The notes under the pieces: model-generated
Told to the model about the DNA's origin: nothing
Database searches by the model: none
The model's input: only the letters and a program-made list of their open reading frames with translations
Position numbers and translations under genes: made by a program
In this document: piece by piece, positions 25,797 to 36,719 of the stretch
Layout of the letters: the number at the start of each line of letters is the position of its first letter
Position numbering within the stretch: position 1 is the first letter of the stretch
DNA from: Nemertoderma westbladi
Taxonomy: Eukaryota > Animalia > Xenacoelomorpha
Assembly: GCA_032718475.1 (NCBI GenBank)
Contig: JAUCBJ010007486.1
Location: 72,244-136,243, forward strand
DNA length: 64,000 nucleotides
Direction of reading: 5' to 3'

Positions 25797-26365
25797 AATT
25801 TGTAGGCTGAGCTGTTGTCTGATTGCTGTTAAGTCCGAACGAATTGCAGTGTGTGTAGAGCACTTGTCCGATTAAGTACGGTTAGGAAGTAGGGGCAGCA
25901 ACGCTGTAAGGTAAACCCCCAACTAAAGAATAAGTCGCACTACTGGGTTAGAGCGCATACTCCCTAATCATTTCGGAGTCTGCATGTCCTGTGGTTTATT
26001 TAGGCTTGAGAGTAGTCTGCCATCGTTTAGTCTGTACTTTGTTTGTGTCAGTCTGTACGGGTAGCGTATAATTTTATTTAAATAATTTGTAGGCTGGATA
26101 GTTGTCTGGCTGTTATTAAGTCTGAACGGATTGCTGCGTGTGTAGATCATCTGTCCGATTAAGTACGATTAGGCAGTAGGGGCAGCGAAGCTGTAAGGTA
26201 AACCCCCGACTAAAGAATATGTCGCACTACTGGGTTAGAGCGCATACTCCCTAATCATTTCGGAGTCTGCATATAACGTAGTTTGTTTAGGCTTGATAGT
26301 AGTCTGTCAGTGTTCGGTCTGTATTTTGTTTGAGTAGTTTGTACGCGTAGCGTAATATTTATTAT
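25797..26365 (+). repeat. ~287-bp tandem duplication in the BEL-A leader
   Basis: The unit starting AATTTGTAGGCTG occurs at ~25797 and ~26084; BEL-B has one copy (~40886-41170). Confidence 0.85.
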
Positions 26366-27683
26366 TCAGAGTTTATGCGATTATTCGCAACATTCAAGTC
26401 CCTAAGTTTGTTCCTACAGTAATTGTGTTTGTTATACATACCGTTATAGTTAAATTAACCTCGGTACTACACGGGCTGCTCGGCGTAGGTAAAGACTGGT
26501 GATTTTGTGCATCGGTCACTCCAGCAGATGCCGTGGTTCTTTTAGCTGTTCAAGTATATTTAATTACTGATTATCTGTTATACAAGTACTCGTACCTAAT
26601 TTAGGGTTTAGTGTACGGTACTTTCCGAAGTAATTATTGTAGGCATTATATTTGTGTTGTAAAGTGGTTGATAGGCACATTCGATTAGCTCTATTAACTT
26701 CTAGGTAGGAACACTCCGTGATACATAACGTAGAACCTATAGCGATACGGCTATAGGTCGTCAGGCGGTGGTATTTTCCTATCTAGACAACGCAGTGTAT
26801 TTACTACTACTTATTATTTCAAATACCGTAGTACCCTGTCCGCTGTAATAATCAGTTTTCTAACCCTTTGTTAGGCTGGTTTGTAGACTTCTTGTAAAAT
26901 TACCCTAAAAATTCGTATTTGTGTTTTGTAAAATTTTGTGTTTAGTTAGAGATTGTAATCTCAACCCAAATTGTACGTAATTTGTAGTATTAAGTAACTT
27001 AGGTAAATTAGTATTATTTGTTTTAGTGTCCTGTACGTAACACTTCACTGAAAGCGCACCGCTTTGTGTAGTGATTACTCCCCAGAAATAATAACATTTA
27101 TTTCAAACATTGACAAAACCCACTAAAACGGGTATATATATATTATAAATCAAATCTAACGATTTATAAATAGTAGGCCTACCATACAACCATTAGGTCT
27201 CAATATCAGTTGGATTACTGCTCAAATAACGGTAATAAAGTAAGTTAAGTAACCAAGTAACCCTAAAATACAGAAATTCAATTATTTAAAATAATTGATA
27301 TGCCGGTATTTACGATAGGCCTATTATCTTTATTTCTATAAATTTAGGCTGAAATTATACCGGTACTTGTAATTAATTCTATTTCAGAATTATATATCCT
27401 ACAAACTGTAAGCTGTATACCGGTATTCCGATAGGCCTATTATATATTTATATATATTTGTGCTAAAATTATACCGGCATTCTGTGATAAACCTAGTCTG
27501 TAATAATACTTATATAGTTATATATACTATAAGTATACCGGTATTCTAATATATTATATATATATCACGCTACACTGAGTAGCAGTAACGGTAATTAATT
27601 ACTAGGCTAGCAGTTCATACTGAGTTACTAGACTTGCTTAGACTGTAATATAGCAGTAGGCATTCAACTGTACATACCTAGTC

Positions 27684-30600
27684 ATGTCTGATACTAAGCA
27701 GAACCTGTCAGACAGTTTATTAGATGTAACTATCTGCGACTCAGATAGAGACGTACAACCGTCTGGTCGTAAATCCAGTTCACCTCCCACTGTGAGGAAA
27801 GTCATCCCTCCAGTAGTAATAACAGAACCTAGGCTGGTCCAACATCGTAGGTCTATCATAGGCACCCGAGCTCAGGTCAAGCGGGACCAACAAGCGGCGG
27901 AACAGCAACAACCCGCTAGTCAAGAACTTATTCCTCAACGGCCCAGCAGCTCCAGTAGTGAGGATACTGTAGAGCTGACACCCGAGAGCGGAGCAGAGAT
28001 GACGGATGCGGTTTATACGGATCCCCTTCTCATCCTTCCTGCAGCCGTGCTCGCTGGGTTATTGATCGCGGTGGAAGAACACCAGATCGATTGGGCAAGG
28101 AGTCAACGGACAACTAGAGATAGCTACGCGGGCTACACTAGTGAAGAACTGAAGTCTATTGTCGAGTCGCAATGGAACTTCCCCGGACCCGGACTCCCGT
28201 TTGATTTATCAGAAGCTGCCTGGGAAGACATACACCGGATGGGAGTAGCCAAGGAAACCATCGATCCAGCTGTGTGGAAGAGGTCCGCAGCCGGATACGC
28301 ACAGGGATTCTTCAGCTCTATGGAGCGAATAGAAAAGCAACTTTTTCAACAACCTCCAGGACCTCAAGAGCAGGGATCGCTGCTTTATCAAGTTAGAGAA
28401 AGAGTTCTGCGGATTAGGCTAATATTATCGGCCTTTGAGGAGGCTTCTAAACGAAGACAAGACACGTCGTTGCAAGTCGCCGTCAAGACTTGGTTTCAAA
28501 GGGTGAGTCGCCAGGTTCAAGGAGCAGCTCAGTGGAAAGCTCAATTGGAGGAGCGCTCAACCCATGGAGAATCAACGGACGCTATTTCTTCCCAAGTGGA
28601 AAGTGAAGCGACGGCAGAGAAACCGCATAAGAAGGATGCCATTGATATCTATCTGTCAGACTATCAGCGTTTTGTGGGAGATAAAGAGTTGAGGAGAAGG
28701 CTAGAGGGACTTAGCCCTAATAGCGAAGGAGCCAAACTTGTGTTAGATGCGATTGATGTGGATAGGTTAGCGGCGAACCAAGCTAAATTCGATGAACAAC
28801 TCCGCATCGCTAGAGAAAGGGAAGAACAAGTAAGGAAAAAACGTATAGAAGACAGAAAGGCCGCAGCAAAAGCAGAGGCAGAGGCAAAAGCGGCAGCAGC
28901 AGAAGCAGCGGCAGAAGCAAAAGCGGCAGTAGCAAAGGCAGAGGCAGAGGCAAAAGCAGCAGAAGCAGCGGCAGAAGCAAAAGCGGCAGTAGCAAAGGCA
29001 GAGGCAGAGGTAAAAGCGGCAGCGGCAGAGGCAAAAGCGGCAGCAGCAGAAGCAGAACGGAGAGCGGCTGAAGAGATCGCCCAACTGGAGTTGGAAACGC
29101 TTCAAGAGAAGCAAGACGACTTCAGTAAACAGTTAACAGCTAGTAATATGCAGATGATGAATCGATCTACTCCCAAAAGACAGGGATATACATCATCTGA
29201 AGAAGGCGATACCACCGATACTGAAGGCAAAGGAAATAGATCTCGTCAAAGCAGACGTAAAAGAACATTCCACCGGCAGAAATTGCCTGATTTGCCTCCA
29301 GCTGTTAGAAGGCAACTAAATAACACCAAAGTAGGTAGTACAGAGCCCGCAGACCAAATAATTAAAATAGAAAGACTCCCTACTATAGTAGATGAGCCTG
29401 AAATAATTAGGCCTGTTCTTGAAATCACCCCTTCGGTGATAGACACACCTGTGCTCCCTGAAGCTACTTCTAAATTCCCTCTACATAGCACTAAGCTACC
29501 TGTGCCCAGTAGAACTGCCCAGGCGACAGTTCAGGTCCTGGACCCCGAGCGAAATATTCCGGATTTGTCGCCCGTTGTCCCTCGTCCGCCCGCTACAACG
29601 TTGGCGACTCCCGCTTCGGCGGTCGAATGGGTGGACGAGAGACGACGGGGGATGGATCTCCTGCTCGGGCAGATGCAGGAGACTGTCCAACAATTCAAGG
29701 GCACAGTAAGGGAAAGTAGGTTAGAGTTGCAAGAAGTGCAGCAAAGTATCGCGCTTGAACGCGATAAATTAGTAAACACCCAAAAGGGTATACCACCACC
29801 CTCTGTAACAATGTGTCAACCTGTTAGGTCTGAAGTATCGCATGCGCAAGGTGTGGAGCCTACACGCATTTATACTGCTAGCGAAGTAGAAACTCCTATA
29901 GTGAACCCTATTAAGGGTAATTATAGACCTGTTGATAATGATATTCCCTATAGAACTGATCATAATCCGAGAAATTTATATACCGATAACTCGATATTAA
30001 ATAGCACGATGGCCCAAGAAAGTTTTACGCGTCAAATGGCTAGAACCGAAGCCCGGCAAGCGGTAAAGGTTGGAGAGATCGTCAAGTTCAATGGAGATGA
30101 GATGAAATGGTTACCTTTTAATGAATATTACAAAGATAACATACAGAACTCTGTACTATCTAATGGAGAAAAACTTAGATACCTCATCGAGTGCTTGGAA
30201 GGATCTCCCAAGTCAATGGCGTTAAAATTTATTGGACATCCAGATGGATTAAGACAAGTTTGGGATACACTAAACATCAGGTATGGTAATAGGACTAACA
30301 TAGCTAGGTATTTATATGCGAAATTAATGGCGCCCCGAAAGTTTCTTAGCAGCGGGATTATAGAGTTTTCCGATGAGATTCAGGAGATCTGTAGACAACT
30401 AGATTGGTTAGGTAAGTCTCATGAATACCAGAATTCTATGGTTGTAGGAGCCTTAGCATCTACTTTGCCCAAGGGTGGAGTAGGTACACGCTGGGATAAG
30501 AAGGTGTTATATATGATGGAACAACAACGACGAGACCCTACCATGACTGATCTCATGTCATTCTTAGATAGAGAAGTGAAATTGCAGCTCCTAAGGCAGT

Positions 30601-33600
30601 CCAGAGAGAAGACATTGGAAAACAAGGTAAGTGAGAAACCCGTTTCTAAGAGAAGGGTAACACCAGTATGTTATACCGACGACAGTGAAAGCCAAACTTC
30701 TCAAGGAGAGGACAGCGGGAAAGACACTGACAGATCTTATTATGTCAAAAAAATGCCTAAAGATCAGGTAAGTAAATCCGAGTCTCGACCCAATGACAGA
30801 AGGGAACCGGTACAAAAAACCCTTCCTACGTCTCCTAAAAGAATTCAGGTGAGAAAACCCGAAGAAAAGGCAAGTGTACACAATGTGACTCAGAATAAGG
30901 TAAGTAACATCAAGCCGAAATGTGTGCTGTGCTACGGGCCCCACCGTTTAAATGTGTGTGATAAATTCCTGAGGAAATCACTTGAGGATAGACGTGAAGT
31001 CATGTGGGATAAGCGGTTGTGTTATAATTGCCTCAGACGAGGACACCAACGGCGAACCTGTAACTCCGACGCAAGGTGTGCAAAGTGTGGTGCGAAACAT
31101 CATATCTTGTTGCACGCTGAATTCGATCGAAATGGTCCGAATCAGGTAAGTGATTCCGAGCTACATGTCCAATTCAGTGATGTGAACGACACTGATCAAT
31201 CTGAGATGGAAGGATTCTATACAGATGAGTTCTCTGACGAAAACGAATCCTGTTACATGATAAATACCGCAGTGTATCGAGCGCTAACATATGAGAAAGA
31301 TACAGAGAACGACTTTACTCTAACTGCTTCTGAACGACAACCACCTTGGAAAGAGACATCCTCCAATGTAGGGATCCGAGAGTTTCCTGTGGTACAGGTA
31401 AGGGTTCACGGACCTAAGAGGAGTTATGTAGTGAACGCCCTCCTGGACTCCGGCAGCACAGGAACATTTATCGATAAAGAGTTAGCCGAAGATATATTTG
31501 CTGGACAACCCAAGTTCCAAACTAAGCTCAACATGTCAGGCATTATGCAAGTTTGGAAATCTACAATAACAGCTGATTATTATGTCGGAGCGTTGTCCAC
31601 ACCCCAGGACGAACTAGGAGAACACAGCATAAGGTTAGTGAAAATGGTGGCTATAAAGAACTTCGCTACTACTCAAGCAGACCTTTATAATTGGGACGAG
31701 GATGAGAGCATCCAACATCTTAACATACCTCGATTTCAGACTGATTATCCTGGAGTGCAAATACTCATCGGCCAAAATGCGCATGAGGCGCTGGAGACAT
31801 TAGAGAAACGGCCTGCTCAACCGCAGCCACTACAGACCTATGCGGTAAGAACTAGAGTAGGTTGGTACTTTACTGGCCCTTCCCGTAGAACACTCAGAGA
31901 AAGACTACCGCAAGAGAGCGTATGCCAGGTGAGTGAATGGGAAGATGATACCAGTGAGGGAGACAACTCAACTGAGGGAATTCCATACTCCTCAGATAAC
32001 GACGATGTTCACCAGCTTTTTGATGAGGAGAATACCATCGATCTCCTTAAGGAAAACGAGGCTTGGCAAAATCAAGTTAACTTATGTCAACTTCTCTATC
32101 CATCTGAACGAGAAGCTTATAACGACGAGTTAAATGACGTCATTGAGCGTCATAATGCCAAGATTCGGGATGAACATGCTGTACGATTCTTTACGCAAGA
32201 GGCGGTAGAGCCCAATTCCTACGATAAAGCCTTGTCGGTGGAAGAGGAAAGGGCCAAGCAGATCCAAGAGACAACTACGTGTTTCCTCAAAGATCAAGGT
32301 AGGTATGAAGTCGGTTTACCTTTCCGCAAGAAAGAACCGAAGTTCATCAATAACAGACCTTTGGCGGAAAAAAGGATCGCGCAACTCCATCGACGCCTTA
32401 CGGCTAATTCATCAGCTAAAGCGATGTATCAAACACAGCTGGAAAAATTCATTAATAAGGGATATGCGGAGAGAGTACCGGAAGAAACACCTGTGACTGA
32501 AAGAACGTATTATTTAACTCACCATTACGTTCCGAAACCCGGTAAACCACACGAAGTGAGAGTAGTGTTTGATGGCTCCGCTCTTTACATGGGTCAATCC
32601 CTTAACTCTGAATTGTTACCCGGACCCAACTTACTTCAATCTTTGTTGGGAATTCTTTTAAGATTGAGACAATATTCGATTGCTTTCGCCTCCGATATAG
32701 AAGGCATGTTCTTGCAAGTCAAAGTGTTGGATAGGGATCGAGATAGCTTACGATTTCTATGGTGGCCCGAAGGAGACCTCAACCAGAAACCGGTGGAGTA
32801 CTGGATGACCATCCAGGCCTTTGGGATAATCTCAAGCCCTTCCAACGCCTGTTCGGTCGTGCGTACTACTGCAGAGGACAATCGAGAGGCATTCTCTAAG
32901 GAAGTAATCGACAACATCAAGAAAGACATCTACATGGACGACAATCTGAAGTCCCTCCCATCAGTTGAAGAAGCCATTGAGGTCGCTAAGGGAACGGTAG
33001 AGTGCTTAAAAAGAGGTGGTTTTCGATTAACAAAATTCACCAGCAACTCCCGTGAGTTTCTGGAGTCGATTCCTGCGGAAGAACGCGGAGCGAAAGATCT
33101 CGATTTGATCAAAGATGATCTGCCAGAAACCAAGACACTCGGCTTGAAATGGGACACAGAGAGAGATATCCTGTTTTTCCAACTAAAACAGCGAGATAAT
33201 CCAGTTCGAACCAAACGGATTTGCTTAAGTATACTGAGCACCTATTTCGATCCATTGGGATTTATTAGCCCAGTTATATTGATTGCTCGAAGTTTGGTAC
33301 AACAAATGTGGCTTGAAAACCACTCATGGGACGATCCACTTAAAGGGGAATTACTGAAGCAGTGGATGAAATGGGAAGATTCTCTACCGGCGATAGAGGA
33401 GTTTATAATTTCCCGTTCATATTTTGGTCATGTTCTCCCTACGTATTCCTATCAACTCCATGTGTTTGGAGACGCCAGCGATATGGGAATCGGTATAGTA
33501 GCCTACCTAAGAGTGGAAACTCCGGATGGAATCAAAGTCGCCTTGGTTACTTCTAAGGCATTAATCAACAACAAGTTGAAAGTTCCTCGAGCGGAGTTGA

Positions 33601-33911
33601 AAGCGGCTCTATACGCTACAGCCATCGGCCGGAATGTAACCGAACAGATTGACTATACATTAGAGAAAACTGTATATTGGACCGACGCTTTACTCGTGTT
33701 AGAGTACATAACCAATGAAGTCTGTCAGTTCAGCGTCTTCGTTACCAACAGAGTAGCCATCATACTTAGTCGCACGACGATGGACCAATGGAGACATTGC
33801 CCCGGAACGATTAATCCAGCGGACATCGCGTCCCGAGGAGCGACTCCAAAGGAATTGGTAAATACTCCCGAATGGTTAGGTGGACCCGATTTCGTTACTA
33901 GAATCCGGTAG
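27684..33911 (+). CDS. BEL/Pao Gag-PR-RT-RNase H polyprotein, 2075 aa, truncated before integrase
   Basis: Gag core (KFNGDEMKW...KLRYLIECLEG), three BEL-type Zn knuckles (CVLC..H..C, CYNC....H....C, CAKC...HH..LH), protease ALLDSGS, RT (RVVFDGS, GPNLL, DIEGMFLQV, YMDD), RNase H (FGDAS, PRAEL, WTDA, NPADIASRG). Confidence 0.95.
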   Translation: MSDTKQNLSDSLLDVTICDSDRDVQPSGRKSSSPPTVRKVIPPVVITEPRLVQHRRSIIGTRAQVKRDQQAAEQQQPASQELIPQRPSSSSSEDTVELTPESGAEMTDAVYTDPLLILPAAVLAGLLIAVEEHQIDWARSQRTTRDSYAGYTSEELKSIVESQWNFPGPGLPFDLSEAAWEDIHRMGVAKETIDPAVWKRSAAGYAQGFFSSMERIEKQLFQQPPGPQEQGSLLYQVRERVLRIRLILSAFEEASKRRQDTSLQVAVKTWFQRVSRQVQGAAQWKAQLEERSTHGESTDAISSQVESEATAEKPHKKDAIDIYLSDYQRFVGDKELRRRLEGLSPNSEGAKLVLDAIDVDRLAANQAKFDEQLRIAREREEQVRKKRIEDRKAAAKAEAEAKAAAAEAAAEAKAAVAKAEAEAKAAEAAAEAKAAVAKAEAEVKAAAAEAKAAAAEAERRAAEEIAQLELETLQEKQDDFSKQLTASNMQMMNRSTPKRQGYTSSEEGDTTDTEGKGNRSRQSRRKRTFHRQKLPDLPPAVRRQLNNTKVGSTEPADQIIKIERLPTIVDEPEIIRPVLEITPSVIDTPVLPEATSKFPLHSTKLPVPSRTAQATVQVLDPERNIPDLSPVVPRPPATTLATPASAVEWVDERRRGMDLLLGQMQETVQQFKGTVRESRLELQEVQQSIALERDKLVNTQKGIPPPSVTMCQPVRSEVSHAQGVEPTRIYTASEVETPIVNPIKGNYRPVDNDIPYRTDHNPRNLYTDNSILNSTMAQESFTRQMARTEARQAVKVGEIVKFNGDEMKWLPFNEYYKDNIQNSVLSNGEKLRYLIECLEGSPKSMALKFIGHPDGLRQVWDTLNIRYGNRTNIARYLYAKLMAPRKFLSSGIIEFSDEIQEICRQLDWLGKSHEYQNSMVVGALASTLPKGGVGTRWDKKVLYMMEQQRRDPTMTDLMSFLDREVKLQLLRQSREKTLENKVSEKPVSKRRVTPVCYTDDSESQTSQGEDSGKDTDRSYYVKKMPKDQVSKSESRPNDRREPVQKTLPTSPKRIQVRKPEEKASVHNVTQNKVSNIKPKCVLCYGPHRLNVCDKFLRKSLEDRREVMWDKRLCYNCLRRGHQRRTCNSDARCAKCGAKHHILLHAEFDRNGPNQVSDSELHVQFSDVNDTDQSEMEGFYTDEFSDENESCYMINTAVYRALTYEKDTENDFTLTASERQPPWKETSSNVGIREFPVVQVRVHGPKRSYVVNALLDSGSTGTFIDKELAEDIFAGQPKFQTKLNMSGIMQVWKSTITADYYVGALSTPQDELGEHSIRLVKMVAIKNFATTQADLYNWDEDESIQHLNIPRFQTDYPGVQILIGQNAHEALETLEKRPAQPQPLQTYAVRTRVGWYFTGPSRRTLRERLPQESVCQVSEWEDDTSEGDNSTEGIPYSSDNDDVHQLFDEENTIDLLKENEAWQNQVNLCQLLYPSEREAYNDELNDVIERHNAKIRDEHAVRFFTQEAVEPNSYDKALSVEEERAKQIQETTTCFLKDQGRYEVGLPFRKKEPKFINNRPLAEKRIAQLHRRLTANSSAKAMYQTQLEKFINKGYAERVPEETPVTERTYYLTHHYVPKPGKPHEVRVVFDGSALYMGQSLNSELLPGPNLLQSLLGILLRLRQYSIAFASDIEGMFLQVKVLDRDRDSLRFLWWPEGDLNQKPVEYWMTIQAFGIISSPSNACSVVRTTAEDNREAFSKEVIDNIKKDIYMDDNLKSLPSVEEAIEVAKGTVECLKRGGFRLTKFTSNSREFLESIPAEERGAKDLDLIKDDLPETKTLGLKWDTERDILFFQLKQRDNPVRTKRICLSILSTYFDPLGFISPVILIARSLVQQMWLENHSWDDPLKGELLKQWMKWEDSLPAIEEFIISRSYFGHVLPTYSYQLHVFGDASDMGIGIVAYLRVETPDGIKVALVTSKALINNKLKVPRAELKAALYATAIGRNVTEQIDYTLEKTVYWTDALLVLEYITNEVCQFSVFVTNRVAIILSRTTMDQWRHCPGTINPADIASRGATPKELVNTPEWLGGPDFVTRIR

Positions 33912-33946
33912 GCGGTATACTACTGGACTTATCTGCATGTGGACAT

Positions 33947-34245
33947 AAAAGTAAAGTAAAGTAAAGTAAAGTAAATTTTCTTCGGCCACTAGGCCAGGGA
34001 TTACGCACAAAGAATTACGCATCTGACGACTTATTTCCAGTGCGGTCCCCCCAGAACTTTACTCCCCAGAGGAAACTCTAGTACTCATTTAGCTACCACT
34101 TAACGATGCAAGGCAGAGATGCGCCCTGGCTGGTCCCTTTAAAGCATTCGTGCCGAAACGAAAACTGCCCTGGTCCATGTGAGGATCGAACCCACGACCT
34201 ACAGGAGATGTGAATTCAATGCAACCACTACACCAAGGTGGAACC
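33947..34245 (-). mobile_element. tRNA-derived SINE (~300 bp) with (TTTAC)n tail
   Basis: Minus strand: A box TGGTGTAGTGG, B box GGTTCGATCC, body containing AAATGAGTAC. The tail appears on the + strand as (GTAAA)5 at 33951-33975. Confidence 0.75.
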
Positions 34246-34634
34246 CTTGGTTAATAAGCCCGTTAATAAGCCACAGTCCGTATCTTGAAATAGCAAAAGG
34301 CAGTGATTTTTTATGTCAATTTATTTGACTTTTTTTGTCACTTTTTTTTACGAATTATGCATAATGACTTTTGTTGTCCATTTAATGACTTTTATTGTCA
34401 CTTTTTATGTATGTATTTCTTCAAACTGTCAGACTGCTGATTTCTGGACTGTCAGACAGTTGATTTCACTATGCCTGTGCCAAAACATTCCATGATTCCA
34501 TGATTTATAGACTATGAGATAGATTTCCATATGCGCCTGTGGTAAAAAGACTCTATATTTAATAGTTTGTGGTTGTTGTCGATAATCGATTACCACATGA
34601 CGTAGCAAAACACTCATTTTATAGCCAAAAACAA

Positions 34635-35212
34635 TTACCAATTGATGGAAAGGAGCAGGTTAAGGTCGAGTTTTCTAACCAAAACAATAAACAATCACTT
34701 TACCAAATCAGGGAAAGGAGCAGGTTACAGAGACGGGATTTTCTAACCAAAACAATAAACGATCATTTAACTAATTGAGGGAAAGGAGCAGGTTACAGAG
34801 ACGGGATTTTCTAACCAAAACAATAAACGATAACATTACCAATTGAGAGAAAGGAGCAGGTTACAGAGGCGGGATTTTCTAACCAAAACAATAAACGATA
34901 ACATTACCAATTGAGGGAAAGAGCAGGTTACAGAGGCGGGATTTCCTAACCAAAACAATAAACGATCACTTAAACTAATTGAGGGAAAGGAGCAGGTTAC
35001 AGAGGCGGGATTTTCTAACCAAAACAATAAACAGTCACTTTACCAAATCAGGGAAAGGAGCAGGTTACAGAGACGGGATTTTCTAACCAAAACAATAAAC
35101 GATCATTTAACTAATTGAGGGAAAGGAGCAGGTTACAGAGACGGGATTTTCTAACCAAAACAATAAACGATCATTTAACTAATTGAGGGAAAGGGGCAGG
35201 TTACAGAGGCGG
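34635..35212. repeat. 68-bp minisatellite, ~9 copies
   Basis: Unit AATTGAGGGAAAGGAGCAGGTTACAGAG(A/G)CGGGATTTTCTAACCAAAACAATAAACGATCATTTAACT. Confidence 0.95.
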
Positions 35213-36719
35213 GCCTTCTGTGCTGTTGGAAGTAGTGGAGCCGCTATCCGTAACACTACTCAGACAGTAGTCATGATCCATTATTGATTATAAAACTAAT
35301 ACAGTAAGGCCTAAATTATGTGAAAGGTATATCCACATTTTCCACAATCCTGCAATCCAGTTTCGCCTATCAATTATTTAAAATTTATTAGCACAACCGG
35401 TAGGCCTACCATTACCGTATTTAAATGGTAGGCTACACAGTAGGCCTATAGCAGTACCAGTGCCGGTACCGGTACTAAAATACAGAAATACCTGCTTTAT
35501 ACCTACATCTGTACATACAATACAGCAAAATACTGCTATATATATACTAACCGGTACTGATAGCCTGAGAGAACAGCAGTAGAGAAACCGGTAGCATGGA
35601 ACCTAACATTAGACTTTTGGATGACATAAAAAATCAAAAAAAATTGACAAAAAAAGGATAAAAATGGACAATAAAAATTATTGCGATAGCAAAATAGCAG
35701 AAAGAAGCCAATGAGATTATTACATATCAACAAACCAGTTATGAACCAGGTAAATGCTGTCCTACTAAATAGAACCAAAAAGAACCAATAAAACCGATAG
35801 AACCATTAACATTTTGAGCTAAATTTTGTGAAATTAGCTCGATTTCCAAGTGGAGGTTAGCTATAAATGGATGCTGCGGTTTTTTGATATTAACTTTTTG
35901 AAATTTGCTGATGTGAATGTAAATATATACACAACAATTTAGGCCACATTAAATAATTCACTGTAATTGTATACTTTTGTATATTTTAGGTGGTGAAATA
36001 AAACACTGCAAGCTTTTTTCACTAAATATCAACTTAATAGGAAGTGAATTAATTAAACTGGTTAAATAATTGTAATGTAAAATACTACTGTATTATTTTG
36101 CATCACATGCAGTTATAATAATATGAACAATATAACTCTGGTACTGTAGCATTACATGGTAAATTAACATAGACGCTATTGATTCAAACTTCTCTAGCTT
36201 TGCTATTCAGAATGACAAATATTGATTTTATTTCTCCTACTGTACTACACAGCACTTCATTCACTGAATGAATAAGAATTTAATAGTTTGTTGTCCTTGC
36301 TATATAGTGTAGAAATTCCTAATGGGAATGAGTCATCACTTTTTAATTTTAATTAGAGCTACGAACAGAAGTTTGTGAGGTCGAGAAAATTTGATGGGCG
36401 ATGCTACATTACGTACTGCTGTTTAGTAGATAAGTGGTGTTAATTAATCTTTTATTTTACCTACAAGTTTTACAGTTTATTAAATTATTAATATTATGAG
36501 TGTTATTTATTAATTGATACAGCTAATCAAGTCAACTTGATCTGTCAGCCTGTAAGCAGTAGGTAGTATAGCAGTACTGCAGTATAGCACCTTTGATATT
36601 GCCGACAGCCAGACTGCTTGGCGCCAAAATGAGGAGGCTACCATTACGGCGTTTGACATTGCTGACAACCCGGAACGTTTGTGGTTTGTGGACACTGCTA
36701 GCGATCAACCAGCACAGGG

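Larger units (their letters stand above)
24287..33892 (+). mobile_element. BEL/Pao LTR retrotransposon BEL-A, 3'-truncated (no integrase, no 3' LTR)
   Basis: 5' LTR, ~2.2-kb leader and gag-pol are collinear with BEL-B. Pol-like sequence stops just after the RNase H motif WLGGPDF, next to a SINE tail. Confidence 0.93.

Noticed and set aside
28767-29114. Antisense Cys-rich and Leu/Pro-rich ORFs (also 43516-44005)
   Set aside because: Shadows of the GCA/GCG-rich Ala repeat on the opposite strand.
34635-35212. Regularly spaced repeats that might suggest a CRISPR array (also the two satellites)
   Set aside because: No unique spacers, no cas genes, eukaryotic context.
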